From contig OZ024743.1 of NCBI GenBank assembly GCA_964016885.1, forward strand, positions 112,282,001-112,346,000: a stretch of DNA of 64,000 bases, read 5' to 3'. The position numbers and the translations under genes were made by a program. The DNA comes from Eledone cirrhosa. Lineage: Eukaryota. Below, piece after piece: positions 25,501-40,500 of this stretch. The number at the start of each line of letters is the position of its first letter. The first letter of the stretch is position 1. The notes under the pieces are model-generated. The model was not told the origin of the DNA. It saw only the letters and a program-made list of their open reading frames with translations, and did no database searches.

Positions 25501-28500
25501 GTGTAGTAGAGATAGAGAATGTGTGGTAGAGATAGAGAATGTGTAGTAGAGATAGAGAATGTGTAGTAGAGATAGAGAATGTATGGTAGAGATAGAGAAT
25601 GTGTAGTAGAGATAGAGAATGTGTAGTAGAGATAGAGAATGTGTAGTAGAGATAGAGAATGTGTAGTAGAGATAGAGAATGTGTAGTAGAGATAGAGAAT
25701 GTGTAGTAGAGATAGAGAATGTGTAGTAGAGATAGAGAATGTGTAGTAGAGATAGAGAATGTGTAGTAGGGATAGAGAATGTGTAGAAGAGATAGAGAAT
25801 GTGGAGTAGAGATAGAGAATGTGTAGTAGGGATAGAGAATGTGTAGTAGATATAGAGAATGTGTAGTAGAGATAGAGAATGTGTAGTAGATATAGAGAAT
25901 GTGTAGTAGGGATAGAGAATGTGTAGTAGAGATAGAGAATGTGTAGTAGAGATAGAGAATGTGTAGTAGGGATAGAGAATGTGTAGTAGAGATAGAGAAT
26001 GTGTAGTAGAGATAGAGAATGTGTAGTAGGGATAGAGAATGTGTAGTAGAGATAGAGAATGTGTAGTAGAGATAGAGAATGTGTAATAGAGGTAGAGAAT
26101 GTGTAGTAGAGATAGAGAATGTGTAGTAGAGATAGAGAATGTGTAGTAGAGATAGAGAAGGTGTAGTTGATATAGAGAATGTGTAGTAGGGATAGAGAAT
26201 GTGTAGCAGAGATAGAGAATGTGTAGTAGAGATAGAGAATGTGTAGTAGAGATAGAGAATGTGTAGTAGAGATAGAGAATGTGTAGTAGGGATAGAGAAT
26301 GTGTAGTATGGATAGAGTATGTGTAGTAGAGATAGAGAATGTGTAGTAGTGATAGAGAATGTGTAGTAGGGATAGAGAATGTGTAGTAGGGATAGAGAAT
26401 GTGTAGTAGAGATAGAGAATGTGTAGTAGTGATAGAGAATGTGTAGTAGGGATAGAGAATGTGTAGTAGGGATAGAGAATGTGTAGTAGAGATAGAGAAT
26501 GTGTAGTAGAGATAGAGAATGTGGAGTAGAGATAGAGAATGTGTAGTAGAGATAGAGAATGTGTAGTAGAGATAGAGAATGTGTAGTAGAGATAGAGTAT
26601 GTAGTAGAGGTAGAGAATGTGTAGTAGAGATAGAGAATGTGTAGTTGAGATAGAGAATGTGTAGTAGAGATAGAGAATGTGTAGTAGGGATAGAGAATTT
26701 GTAGTAGAGATAGAGAATGTGTAGTAGAGGTAGAGTATGTGTAGTAGAGATAGAGAATGTGTAATAGAGATAGAGAATGTGTAGTAGAGATAGAGAAGCT
26801 GTAGTTGATATAGAGAATGTGTAGTAGGGATAGAGAATGTGTAGCAGAGATAGAGAATGTGTAGTAGAGATAGAGAATGTGTAGTAGAGATAGAGAATGT
26901 GTAGTAGAGATAGAGAATGTATAGTAGGGATAGAGAATGTGTAGTAGAGATAGAGAATGTGTAGTAGAGATAGAGAATGTGTAGTAGGGATAGAGAATGT
27001 GTAGTAGAGATAGAGAATGTGTAGTAGGGATAGAGAATGTGTAGTAGAGATAGAGAATGTGTAGTAGAGATAGAGAATGTGTAGTAGGGATAGAGAATGT
27101 GGAGTAGGGATAGAGAATGTGTAGTAGGGATAGAGAATGTGTAGTAGAGATAGATAACGTGGAGTAGAGATAGAGAATGTGTAGTTGATATAGAGAATGT
27201 GTAGTAGAGATAGAGTATGTAGTAGAGGTAGAGAATGTGTAGTTGATATAGAGAATGTGTAGTAGAGATAGAGAATGTGTAGTAGAGATAGAGAATGTGT
27301 AGTAGAGATAGAGAATGTGTAGTAGAGATAGAGTATGTAGTAGAGGTAGAGAATGTGTAGTAGAGATAGAGAATGTATAGTTGAGATAGAGAATGTGTAG
27401 TAGAGATAGAGAATGTGTAGTAGGGATAGAGAATTTGTAGTAGAGATAGAGAATGTGTAGTAGAGGTAGAGTATGTGTAGTAGAGATAGAGAATGTGTAA
27501 TAGAGATAGAGAATGTGTAGTAGGGATAGAGAATGTGTAGTAGGGATAGAGAATGTGTAGTAGAGATAGAGAATGTGTTGTAGAGATAGAGAATATGTAG
27601 TAGAGGTAGAGAATGTGTAGTTGATATAGAGAATGTGTAGTAGAGATAGAGAATGTGTAGTAGAGATAGAGAATGTGTAGTAGAGATAGAGAATGTGTGA
27701 GAAAGGGATAGAGAATGTGTAGTAGAGATAGAGAATGTGTAGTAGAATAGAGAATGTGTAGTAGAGATAGAGAATGTGTAGTAGAGATAGAGAATGTGTA
27801 GTAGAGATAGAGAATGTGTGGTAGAGATAGAGAATGTGTAGTAGAGATAGAGAATGTGTAGTAGAGATAGAGAATGTATGGTAGAGATAGAGAATGTGTA
27901 GTAGAGATAGAGAATGTGTAGTAGAGATAGAGAATGTGTAGTAGAGATAGAGAATGTGTAGTAGAGATAGAGAATGTGTAGTAGAGATAGAGAATGTGTA
28001 GTAGAGATAGAGAATGTGTAGTAGAGATAGAGAATGTGTAGTAGAGATAGAGAATGTGTAGTAGGGATAGAGAATGTGTAGAAGAGATAGAGAATGTGGA
28101 GTAGAGATAGAGAATGTGTAGTAGGGATAGAGAATGTGTAGTAGATATAGAGAATGTGTAGTAGAGATAGAGAATGTGTAGTAGATATAGAGAATGTGTA
28201 GTAGGGATAGAGAATGTGTAGTAGAGATAGAGAATGTGTAGTAGAGATAGAGAATGTGTAGTAGGGATAGAGAATGTGTAGTAGAGATAGAGAATGTGTA
28301 GTAGATATAGAGAATGTGTAGTAGATATAGAGAATGTGTAGTAGGGATAGAGAATGTGTAGTAGAGATAGAGAATGTGTAGTAGAGATAGGGAATGTGTA
28401 TTAGGGATAGAGAATGTGTGGTAGAGATAGAGAATGTGTAGTAGAGATAGAGAATGTGTAGTAGAGATAGAGAATGTGTAGTAGGGATAGAGAATGTGTA

Positions 28501-31500
28501 GTATGGATAGAGAATGTGTAGTAGAGATAGAGAATGTGTAGTAGTGATAGAGAATGTGTAGTAGGGATAGAGAATGTGTAGTAGGGATAGAGAATGTGTA
28601 ATAGAGATAGAGAATGTGTAGTAGAGATTGAGAATGTGTAGTAGGGATAGAGAATGTGTAGCAGAGATAGAGAATGTGTAGTAGATATAGAGAATGTGTA
28701 GTAGATATAGAGAATGTGTAGTAGAGATAGAGAATGTGTAGTAGAGATAGAGAATGTGTAGTAGGGATAGAGAATGTGTAGTAGGGATAGAGAATGTGTA
28801 GTAGAGATAGAGAATGTGTAGTAGAGATAGGGAATGTGTATTAGGGATAGAGAATGTGTGGTAGAGATAGAGAATGTGTAGTAGAGATAGATAATGTGTA
28901 GTAGGGATAGAGAATGTGTAGTAGAGATAGAGAATGTGTAGTAGAGTAAGAGAATGTGTAGTAGAGATAGAGAATGTGTAGTAGAGATAGAGAATGTGTA
29001 GTAGAGATAGAGAATGTGTAGTAGGGATAGAGAATGTGTAGTATGGATAGAGAATGTGTAGTAGAGATAGAGAATGTGTAGTAGTGATAGAGAATGTGTA
29101 GTAGGGATAGAGAATGTGTAGTAGGGATAGAGAATTTGTAGTAGAGATAGAGAATGTGTAGTAGAGATAGAGAATGTGGAGTAGAGGTAGAGAATGTGTA
29201 ATAGAGATAGAGAATGTGTAGTAGGGATAGAGAATGTGTAGTAGGGATAGAGAATGTGTAGTAGAGATAGAGAATGTGTTGTAGAGATAGAGAATATGTA
29301 GTAGAGGTAGAGAATGTGTAGTTGATATAGAGAATGTGTAGTAGAGATAGAGAATGTGTAGTAGAGATAGAGAATGTGTAGTAGAGATAGAGAATGTGTG
29401 AGAAAGGGATAGAGAATGTGTAGTAGAGATAGAGAATGTGTAGTAGAATAGAGAATGTGTAGTAGAGATAGAGAATGTGTAGTAGAGATAGAGAATGTGT
29501 AGTAGAGATAGAGAATGTGTGGTAGAGATAGAGAATGTGTAGTAGAGATAGAGAATGTGTAGTAGAGATAGAGAATGTATGGTAGAGATAGAGAATGTGT
29601 AGTAGAGATAGAGAATGTGTAGTAGAGATAGAGAATGTGTAGTAGAGATAGAGAATGTGTAGTAGAGATAGAGAATGTGTAGTAGAGATAGAGAATGTGT
29701 AGTAGATATAGAGAATGTGTAGTAGAGATAGAGAATGTGTAGTAGAGATAGAGAATGTGGAGTAGAGATAGAGAATGTGTAGTAGATATAGAGAATGTGT
29801 AGTAGAGATAGAGAATGTGTAGTAGAGATAGAGAATGTGTAGTAGGGATAGAGAATGTGTAGTAGGGATAGAGAATGTGTAGTAGAGATAGAGAATGTGT
29901 GGTAGAGATAGAGAATGTGTAGTAGAGATAGAGAATGTGTAGTAGGGATAGAGAAAGTGTAGTAGGGATAGAGAATGTGTAGTAGAGATAGAGAATGTGT
30001 AGTAGAGATAGGGAATGTGTATTAGGGATAGAGAATGTGTGGTAGAGATAGAGAATGTGTAGTAGAGATAGAGAATGTGTAGTAGGGATAGAGAATGTGT
30101 AGTAGAGATAGAGAATGTGTAGTAGAGTAAGAGAATGTGTAGTAGAGATAGAGAATGTGTAGTAGAGATAGAGAATGTGTAGTAGAGATAGAGAATGTGT
30201 AGTAGAGATAGAGAATGTGTAGTATGGATAGAGAATGTGTAGTAGAGATAGAGAATGTGTAGTAGTGATAGAGAATGTGTAGTAGGGATAGAGAATGTGT
30301 AGTAGGGATAGAGAATGTGTAGTAGAGATAGAGAATGTGTAGTAGAGATAGAGAATGTGGAGTAGAGATAGAGAATGTGTAGTACAGATAGAGAATGTGT
30401 AGTTGAGATAGAGAATGTGTAGTAGAGATAGAGAATGTGTAGTAGGGATAGAGAATTTGTAGTAGAGATAGAGAATGTGTAGTAGAGGTAGAGTATGTGT
30501 AGTAGAGATAGAGAATGTGTAATAGAGATAGAGAATGTGTAGTAGGGATAGAGAATGTGTAGTAGGGATAGAGAATGTGTAGTAGAGATAGAGAATGTGT
30601 TGTAGAGATAGAGAATATGTAGTAGAGGTAGAGAATGTGTAGTTGATATAGAGAATGTGTAGTAGAGATAGAGAATGTGTAGTAGAGATAGAGAATGTGT
30701 AGTAGAGATAGAGAATGTGTGAGAAAGGGATAGAGAATGTGTAGTAGAGATAGAGAATGTGTAGTAGAATAGAGAATGTGTAGTAGAGATAGAGAATGTG
30801 TAGTAGAGATAGAGAATGTGTAGTAGAGATAGAGAATGTGTGGTAGAGATAGAGAATGTGTAGTAGAGATAGAGAATGTGTAGTAGAGATAGAGAATGTA
30901 TGGTAGAGATAGAGAATGTGTAGTAGAGATAGAGAATGTGTAGTAGAGATAGAGAATGTGTAGTAGAGATAGAGAATGTGTAGTAGAGATAGAGAATGTG
31001 TAGTAGAGATAGAGAATGTGTAGTAGAGATAGATAATGTGTAGTAGGGATAGAGAATGTGTAGAAGAGATAGAGAATGTGGAGTAGAGATAGAGAATGTG
31101 TAGTAGGGATAGAGAATGTGTAGTAGATATAGAGAATGTGTAGTAGAGATAGAGAATGTGTAGTAGATATAGAGAATGTGTAGTAGGGATAGAGAATGTG
31201 TAGTAGAGATAGAGAATGTGTAGTAGAGATAGAGAATGTGTAGTAGGGATAGAGAATGTGTAGTAGAGATAGAGAATGTGTAGTAGAGATAGAGAATGTG
31301 TAGTAGGGATAGAGAATGTGTAGTAGAGATAGAGAATGTGTAGTAGAGATAGAGAATGTGTAATAGAGGTAGAGAATGTGTAGTAGAGATAGAGAATGTG
31401 TAGTAGAGATAGAGAATGTGTAGTAGAGATAGAGAAGCTGTAGTTGATATAGAGAATGTGTAGTAGGGATAGAGAATGTGTAGCAGAGATAGAGAATGTG

Positions 31501-34500
31501 TAGTAGAGATAGAGAATGTGTAGTAGAGATAGAGAATGTGTAGTAGAGATAGAGAATGTATAGTAGGGATAGAGAATGTGTAGTAGAGATAGAGAATGTG
31601 TAGTAGAGATAGAGAATGTGTAGTAGGGATAGAGAATGTGTAGTAGAGATAGAGAATGTGTAGTAGGGATAGAGAATGTGTAGTAGAGATAGAGAATGTG
31701 TAGTAGAGAGAGAGAATGTGTAGTAGGGATAGAGAATGTGGAGTAGGGATAGAGAATGTGTAGTAGGGATAGAGAATGTGTAGTAGAGATAGATAATGTG
31801 GAGTAGAGATAGAGAATGTGTAGTTGATATAGAGAATGTGTAGTAGAGATAGAGTATGTAGTAGAGGTAGAGAATGTGTAGTTGATATAGAGAATGTGTA
31901 GTAGAGATAGAGAATGTGTAGTAGAGTAAGAGAATGTGTAGTAGAGATAGAGAATGTGTAGTAGAGATAGAGAATGTGTAGTAGAGATAGAGAATGTGTA
32001 GTAGGGATAGAGAATGTGTAGTATGGATAGAGAATGTGTAGTAGAGATAGAGAATGTGTAGTAGTGATAGAGAATGTGTAGTAGGGATAGAGAATGTGTA
32101 GTAGGGATAGAGAATGTGTAGTAGAGATAGAGAATGTGTAGTAGAGATAGAGAATGTGGAGTAGAGATAGAGAATGTGTAGTAGAGATAGAGAATGTGTA
32201 GTTGAGATAGAGAATGTGTAGTAGAGATAGAGTATGTAGTAGAGGTAGAGAATGTGTAGTAGAGATAGAGAATGTGTAGTTGAGATAGAGAATGTGTAGT
32301 AGAGATAGAGAATGTGTAGTAGGGATAGAGAATTTGTAGTAGAGATAGAGAATGTGTAGTAGAGGTAGAGTATGTGTAGTAGAGATAGAGAATGTGTAAT
32401 AGAGATAGAGAATGTGTAGTAGGGATAGAGAATGTGTAGTAGGGATAGAGAATGTGTAGTAGAGATAGAGAATGTGTTGTAGAGATAGAGAATATGTAGT
32501 AGAGGTAGAGAATGTGTAGTTGATATAGAGAATGTGTAGTAGAGATAGAGAATGTGTAGTAGAGATAGAGAATGTGTAGTAGAGATAGAGAATGTGTGAG
32601 AAAGGGATAGAGAATGTGTAGTAGAGATAGAGAATGTGTAGTAGAGATAGAGAATGTGTAGTAGAGATAGAGAATGTGTGGTAGAGATAGAGAATGTGTA
32701 GTAGAGATAGAGAATGTGTAGTAGAGATAGAGAATGTATGGTAGAGATAGAGAATGTGTAGTAGAGATAGAGAATGTGTAGTAGAGATAGAGAATGTGTA
32801 GTAGAGATAGAGAATGTGTAGTAGAGATAGAGAATGTGTAGTAGAGATAGAGAATGTGTAGTAGAGATAGAGAATGTGTAGTAGAGATAGAGAATGTGTA
32901 GTAGAGATAGAGAATGTGTAGTAGGGATAGAGAATGTGTAGAAGAGATAGAGAATGTGGAGTAGAGATAGAGAATGTGTAGTAGGGATAGAGAATGTGTA
33001 GTAGATATAGAGAATGTGTAGTAGAGATAGAGAATGTGTAGTAGATATAGAGAATGTGTAGTAGGGATAGAGAATGTGTAGTAGAGATAGAGAATGTGTA
33101 GTAGAGATAGAGAATGTGTAGTAGGGATAGAGAATGTGTAGTAGAGATAGAGAATGTGTAGTAGAGATAGAGAATGTGTAGTAGGGATAGAGAATGTGTA
33201 GTAGAGATAGAGAATGTGTAGTAGAGATAGAGAATGTGTAATAGAGGTAGAGAATGTGTAGTAGAGATAGAGAATGTGTAGTAGAGATAGAGAATGTGTA
33301 GTAGAGATAGAGAAGGTGTAGTTGATATAGAGAATGTGTAGTAGGGATAGAGAATGTGTAGCAGAGATAGAGAATGTGTAGTAGAGATAGAGAATGTGTA
33401 GTAGAGATAGAGAATGTGTAGTAGAGATAGAGAATGTGTAGTAGGGATAGAGAATGTGTAGTATGGATAGAGAATGTGTAGTAGAGATAGAGAATGTGTA
33501 GTAGTGATAGAGAATGTGTAGTAGGGATAGAGAATGTGTAGTAGGGATAGAGAATGTGTAGTAGAGATAGAGAATGTGGAGTAGAGGTAGAGAATGTGTA
33601 ATAGAGATAGAGAATGTGTAGTAGGGATAGAGAATGTGTAGTAGGGATAGAGAATGTGTAGTAGAGATAGAGAATGTGTTGTAGAGATAGAGAATATGTA
33701 GTAGAGGTAGAGAATGTGTAGTTGATATAGAGAATGTGTAGTAGAGATAGAGAATGTGTAGTAGAGATAGAGAATGTGTAGTAGAGATAGAGAATGTGTG
33801 AGAAAGGGATAGAGAATGTGTAGTAGAGATAGAGAATGTGTAGTAGAATAGAGAATGTGTAGTAGAGATAGAGAATGTGTAGTAGAGATAGAGAATGTGT
33901 AGTAGAGATAGAGAATGTGTGGTAGAGATAGAGAATGTGTAGTAGAGATAGAGAATGTGTAGTAGAGATAGAGAATGTATGGTAGAGATAGAGAATGTGT
34001 AGTAGAGATAGAGAATGTGTAGTAGAGATAGAGAATGTGTAGTAGAGATAGAGAATGTGTAGTAGAGATAGAGAATGTGTAGTAGAGATAGAGAATGTGT
34101 AGTAGATATAGAGAATGTGTAGTAGAGATAGAGAATGTGTAGTAGAGATAGAGAATGTGGAGTAGAGATAGAGAATGTGTAGTAGATATAGAGAATGTGT
34201 AGTAGATATAGAGAATGTGTAGTAGAGATAGAGAATGTGTAGTAGAGATAGAGAATGTGTAGTAGGGATAGAGAATGTGTAGTAGGGATAGAGAATGTGT
34301 AGTAGAGATAGAGAATGTGTGGTAGAGATAGAGAATGTGTAGTAGAGATAGAGAATGTGTAGTAGGGATAGAGAAAGTGTAGTAGGGATAGAGAATGTGT
34401 AGTAGAGATAGAGAATGTGTAGTAGAGATAGGGAATGTGTATTAGGGATAGAGAATGTGTGGTAGAGATAGAGAATGTGTAGTAGAGATAGAGAATGTGT

Positions 34501-37500
34501 AGTAGGGATAGAGAATGTGTAGTAGAGATAGAGAATGTGTAGTAGAGTAAGAGAATGTGTAGTAGAGATAGAGAATGTGTAGTAGAGATAGAGAATGTGT
34601 AGTAGAGATAGAGAATGTGTAGTAGAGATAGAGAATGTGTAGTATGGATAGAGAATGTGTAGTAGAGATAGAGAATGTGTAGTAGTGATAGAGAATGTGT
34701 AGTAGGGATAGAGAATGTGTAGTAGGGATAGAGAATGTGTAGTAAAGATAGAGAATGTGTAGTAGAGATAGAGAATGTGGAGTAGAGATAGAGAATGTGT
34801 AGTACAGATAGAGAATGTGTAGTTGAGATAGAGAATGTGTAGTAGAGATAGAGAATGTGTAGTAGGGATAGAGAATTTGTAGTAGAGATAGAGAATGTGT
34901 AGTAGAGGTAGAGTATGTGTAGTAGAGATAGAGAATGTGTAATAGAGATAGAGAATGTGTAGTAGGGATAGAGAATGTGTAGTAGGGATAGAGAATGTGT
35001 AGTAGAGATAGAGAATGTGTTGTAGAGATAGAGAATATGTAGTAGAGGTAGAGAATGTGTAGTTGATATAGAGAATGTGTAGTAGAGATAGAGAATGTGT
35101 AGTAGAGATAGAGAATGTGTAGTAGAGATAGAGAATGTGTGAGAAAGGGATAGAGAATGTGTAGTAGAGATAGAGAATGTGTAGTAGAATAGAGAATGTG
35201 TAGTAGAGATAGAGAATGTGTAGTAGAGATAGAGAATGTGTAGTAGAGATAGAGAATGTGTGGTAGAGATAGAGAATGTGTAGTAGAGATAGAGAATGTG
35301 TAGTAGAGATAGAGAATGTATGGTAGAGATAGAGAATGTGTAGTAGAGATAGAGAATGTGTAGTAGAGATAGAGAATGTGTAGTAGATATAGAGAATGTG
35401 TAGTAGAGATAGAGAATGTGTAGTAGAGATAGAGAATGTGTAGTAGAGATAGATAATGTGTAGTAGGGATAGAGAATGTGTAGAAGAGATAGAGAATGTG
35501 GAGTAGAGATAGAGAATGTGTAGTAGGGATAGAGAATGTGTAGTAGATATAGAGAATGTGTAGTAGAGATAGAGAATGTGTAGTAGATATAGAGAATGTG
35601 TAGTAGGGATAGAGAATGTGTAGTAGAGATAGAGAATGTGTAGTAGAGATAGAGAATGTGTAGTAGGGATAGAGAATGTGTAGTAGAGATAGAGAATGTG
35701 TAGTAGAGATAGAGAATGTGTAGTAGGGATAGAGAATGTGTAGTAGAGATAGAGAATGTGTAGTAGAGATAGAGAATGTGTAATAGAGGTAGAGAATGTG
35801 TAGTAGAGATAGAGAATGTGTAGTAGAGATAGAGAATGTGTAGTAGAGATAGAGAAGCTGTAGTTGATATAGAGAATGTGTAGTAGGGATAGAGAATGTG
35901 TAGCAGAGATAGAGAATGTGTAGTAGAGATAGAGAATGTGTAGTAGAGATAGAGAATGTGTAGTAGAGATAGAGAATGTATAGTAGGGATAGAGAATGTG
36001 TAGTAGAGATAGAGAATGTGTAGTAGAGATAGAGAATGTGTAGTAGGGATAGAGAATGTGTAGTAGAGATAGAGAATGTGTAGTAGGGATAGAGAATGTG
36101 TAGTAGAGATAGAGAATGTGTAGTAGAGATAGAGAATGTGTAGTAGGGATAGAGAATGTGGAGTAGGGATAGAGAATGTGTAGTAGGGATAGAGAATGTG
36201 TAGTAGAGATAGATAATGTGGAGTAGAGATAGAGAATGTGTAGTTGATATAGAGAATGTGTAGTAGAGATAGAGTATGTAGTAGAGGTAGAGAATGTGTA
36301 GTTGATATAGAGAATGTGTAGTAGAGATAGAGAATGTGTAGTAGAGTAAGAGAATGTGTAGTAGAGATAGAGAATGTGTAGTAGAGATAGAGAATGTGTA
36401 GTAGAGATAGAGAATGTGTAGTAGGGATAGAGAATGTGTAGTATGGATAGAGAATGTGTAGTAGAGATAGAGAATGTGTAGTAGTGATAGAGAATGTGTA
36501 GTAGGGATAGAGAATGTGTAGTAGGGATAGAGAATGTGTAGTAGAGATAGAGAATGTGTAGTAGAGATAGAGAATGTGGAGTAGAGATAGAGAATGTGTA
36601 GTAGAGATAGAGAATGTGTAGTTGAGATAGAGAATGTGTAGTAGAGATAGAGTATGTAGTAGAGGTAGAGAATGTGTAGTAGAGATAGAGAATGTGTAGT
36701 TGAGATAGAGAATGTGTAGTAGAGATAGAGAATGTGTAGTAGGGATAGAGAATTTGTAGTAGAGATAGAGAATGTGTAGTAGAGGTAGAGTATGTGTAGT
36801 AGAGATAGAGAATGTGTAATAGAGATAGAGAATGTGTAGTAGGGATAGAGAATGTGTAGTAGGGATAGAGAATGTGTAGTAGAGATAGAGAATGTGTTGT
36901 AGAGATAGAGAATATGTAGTAGAGGTAGAGAATGTGTAGTTGATATAGAGAATGTGTAGTAGAGATAGAGAATGTGTAGTAGAGATAGAGAATGTGTAGT
37001 AGAGATAGAGAATGTGTGAGAAAGGGATAGAGAATGTGTAGTAGAGATAGAGAATGTGTAGTAGAGATAGAGAATGTGTAGTAGAGATAGAGAATGTGTG
37101 GTAGAGATAGAGAATGTGTAGTAGAGATAGAGAATGTGTAGTAGAGATAGAGAATGTATGGTAGAGATAGAGAATGTGTAGTAGAGATAGAGAATGTGTA
37201 GTAGAGATAGAGAATGTGTAGTAGAGATAGAGAATGTGTAGTAGAGATAGAGAATGTGTAGTAGAGATAGAGAATGTGTAGTAGAGATAGAGAATGTGTA
37301 GTAGAGATAGAGAATGTGTAGTAGAGATAGAGAATGTGTAGTAGGGATAGAGAATGTGTAGAAGAGATAGAGAATGTGGAGTAGAGATAGAGAATGTGTA
37401 GTAGGGATAGAGAATGTGTAGTAGATATAGAGAATGTGTAGTAGAGATAGAGAATGTGTAGTAGATATAGAGAATGTGTAGTAGGGATAGAGAATGTGTA

Positions 37501-40500
37501 GTAGAGATAGAGAATGTGTAGTAGAGATAGAGAATGTGTAGTAGGGATAGAGAATGTGTAGTAGAGATAGAGAATGTGTAGTAGAGATAGAGAATGTGTA
37601 GTAGGGATAGAGAATGTGTAGTAGAGATAGAGAATGTGTAGTAGAGATAGAGAATGTGTAATAGAGGTAGAGAATGTGTAGTAGAGATAGAGAATGTGTA
37701 GTAGAGATAGAGAATGTGTAGTAGAGATAGAGAAGGTGTAGTTGATATAGAGAATGTGTAGTAGGGATAGAGAATGTGTAGCAGAGATAGAGAATGTGTA
37801 GTAGAGATAGAGAATGTGTAGTAGAGATAGAGAATGTGTAGTAGAGATAGAGAATGTGTAGTAGGGATAGAGAATGTGTAGTATGGATAGAGAATGTGTA
37901 GTAGAGATAGAGAATGTGTAGTAGTGATAGAGAATGTGTAGTAGGGATAGAGAATGTGTAGTAGGGATAGAGAATGTGTAGTAGAGATAGAGAATGTGTA
38001 GTAGAGATAGAGAATGTGGAGTAGAGATAGAGAATGTGTAGTACAGATAGAGAATGTGTAGTTGAGATAGAGAATGTGTAGTAGAGATAGAGAATGTGTA
38101 GTAGGGATAGAGAATTTGTAGTAGAGATAGAGAATGTGTAGTAGAGGTAGAGTATGTGTAGTAGAGATAGAGAATGTGTAATAGAGATAGAGAATGTGTA
38201 GTAGGGATAGAGAATGTGTAGTAGGGATAGAGAATGTGTAGTAGAGATAGAGAATGTGTTGTAGAGATAGAGAATATGTAGTAGAGGTAGAGAATGTGTA
38301 GTTGATATAGAGAATGTGTAGTAGAGATAGAGAATGTGTAGTAGAGATAGAGAATGTGTAGTAGAGATAGAGAATGTGTGAGAAAGGGATAGAGAATGTG
38401 TAGTAGAGATAGAGAATGTGTAGTAGAATAGAGAATGTGTAGTAGAGATAGAGAATGTGTAGTAGAGATAGAGAATGTGTAGTAGAGATAGAGAATGTGT
38501 GGTAGAGATAGAGAATGTGTAGTAGAGATAGAGAATGTGTAGTAGAGATAGAGAATGTATGGTAGAGATAGAGAATGTGTAGTAGAGATAGAGAATGTGT
38601 AGTAGAGATAGAGAATGTGTAGTAGAGATAGAGAATGTGTAGTAGATATAGAGAATGTGTAGTAGAGATAGAGAATGTGTAGTAGAGATAGAGAATGTGT
38701 AGTAGGGATAGAGAATGTGTAGAAGAGATAGAGAATGTGGAGTAGAGATAGAGAATGTGTAGTAGGGATAGAGAATGTGTAGTAGATATAGAGAATGTGT
38801 AGTAGAGATAGAGAATGTGTAGTAGATATAGAGAATGTGTAGTAGAGATAGAGAATGTGTAGTAGAGATAGAGAATATGTTGTAGAGATAGAGAATGTGT
38901 AGTAGGGATAGAGAATGTGTAGTAGAGATAGAGAATGTGTAGTAGAGATAGAGAATGTGTAGTAGGGATAGAGAATGTGTAGTAGAGATAGAGAATGTGT
39001 AGTAGAGATAGAGAATGTGTAATAGAGGTAGAGAATGTGTAGTAGAGATAGAGAATGTGTAGTAGAGATAGAGAATGTGTAGTAGAGATAGAGAAGCTGT
39101 AGTTGATATAGAGAATGTGTAGTAGGGATAGAGAATGTGTAGCAGAGATAGAGAATGTGTAGTAGAGATAGAGAATGTGTAGTAGAGATAGAGAATGTGT
39201 AGTAGAGATAGAGAATGTATAGTAGGGATAGAGAATGTGTAGTTGAGTAGAGATGTGTTGTAGAGTAGAGATTGTTGTAGTAGGATTAGAGAATGTGTAG
39301 TAGAGATAGGAGATGTGTAGTTGGGTTAGAGAATGTGTAGTAGAGATAGAGAATGTGTTGTAGTGTTAGAGAATGTGTAGTAGGGATAGAGAATGTGGAG
39401 TAGGGATAGAGATGTGTAGTAGGGATAGAGAATGTGTAGTTGAGATAGTAATGTGGAGTAGAGATAGAGAATGTGTAGTTGATATAGAGAATGTGTAGTA
39501 GAGATAGAGTATGTAGTAGAGGTAGAGAATGTGTAGTTGATATAGAGAATGTGTAGTAGAGATAGAGAATGTGTAGTAGAGTAAGAGAATGTGTAGTAGA
39601 GATAGAGAATGTGTAGTAGAGATAGAGAATGTGTAGTAGAGATAGAGAATGTGTAGTAGGGATAGAGAATGTGTAGTATGGATAGAGAATGTGTAGTAGA
39701 GATAGAGAATGTGTAGTAGTGATAGAGAATGTGTAGTAGGGATAGAGAATGTGTAGTAGGGATAGAGAATGTGTAGTAGAGATAGAGAATGTGTAGTAGA
39801 GATAGAGAATGTGGAGTAGAGATAGAGAATGTGTAGTAGAGATAGAGAATGTGTAGTAGAGATAGAGAATGTGTAGTAGAGATAGAGTATGTAGTAGAGG
39901 TAGAGAATGTGTAGTAGAGATAGAGAATGTGTAGTTGAGATAGAGAATGTGTAGTAGAGATAGAGAATGTGTAGTAGGGATAGAGAATTTGTAGTAGAGA
40001 TAGAGAATGTGTAGTAGAGGTAGAGTATGTGTAGTAGAGATAGAGAATGTGTAATAGAGATAGAGAATGTGTAGTAGGGATAGAGAATGTGTAGTAGGGA
40101 TAGAGAATGTGTAGTAGAGATAGAGAATGTGTTGTAGAGATAGAGAATATGTAGTAGAGGTAGAGAATGTGTAGTTGATATAGAGAATGTGTAGTAGAGA
40201 TAGAGAATGTGTAGTAGAGATAGAGAATGTGTAGTAGAGATAGAGAATGTGTGAGAAAGGGATAGAGAATGTGTAGTAGAGATAGAGAATGTGTAGTAGA
40301 ATAGAGAATGTGTAGTAGAGATAGAGAATGTGTAGTAGAGATAGAGAATGTGTAGTAGAGATAGAGAATGTGTGGTAGAGATAGAGAATGTGTAGTAGAG
40401 ATAGAGAATGTGTAGTAGAGATAGAGAATGTATGGTAGAGATAGAGAATGTGTAGTAGAGATAGAGAATGTGTAGTAGAGATAGAGAATGTGTAGTAGAG

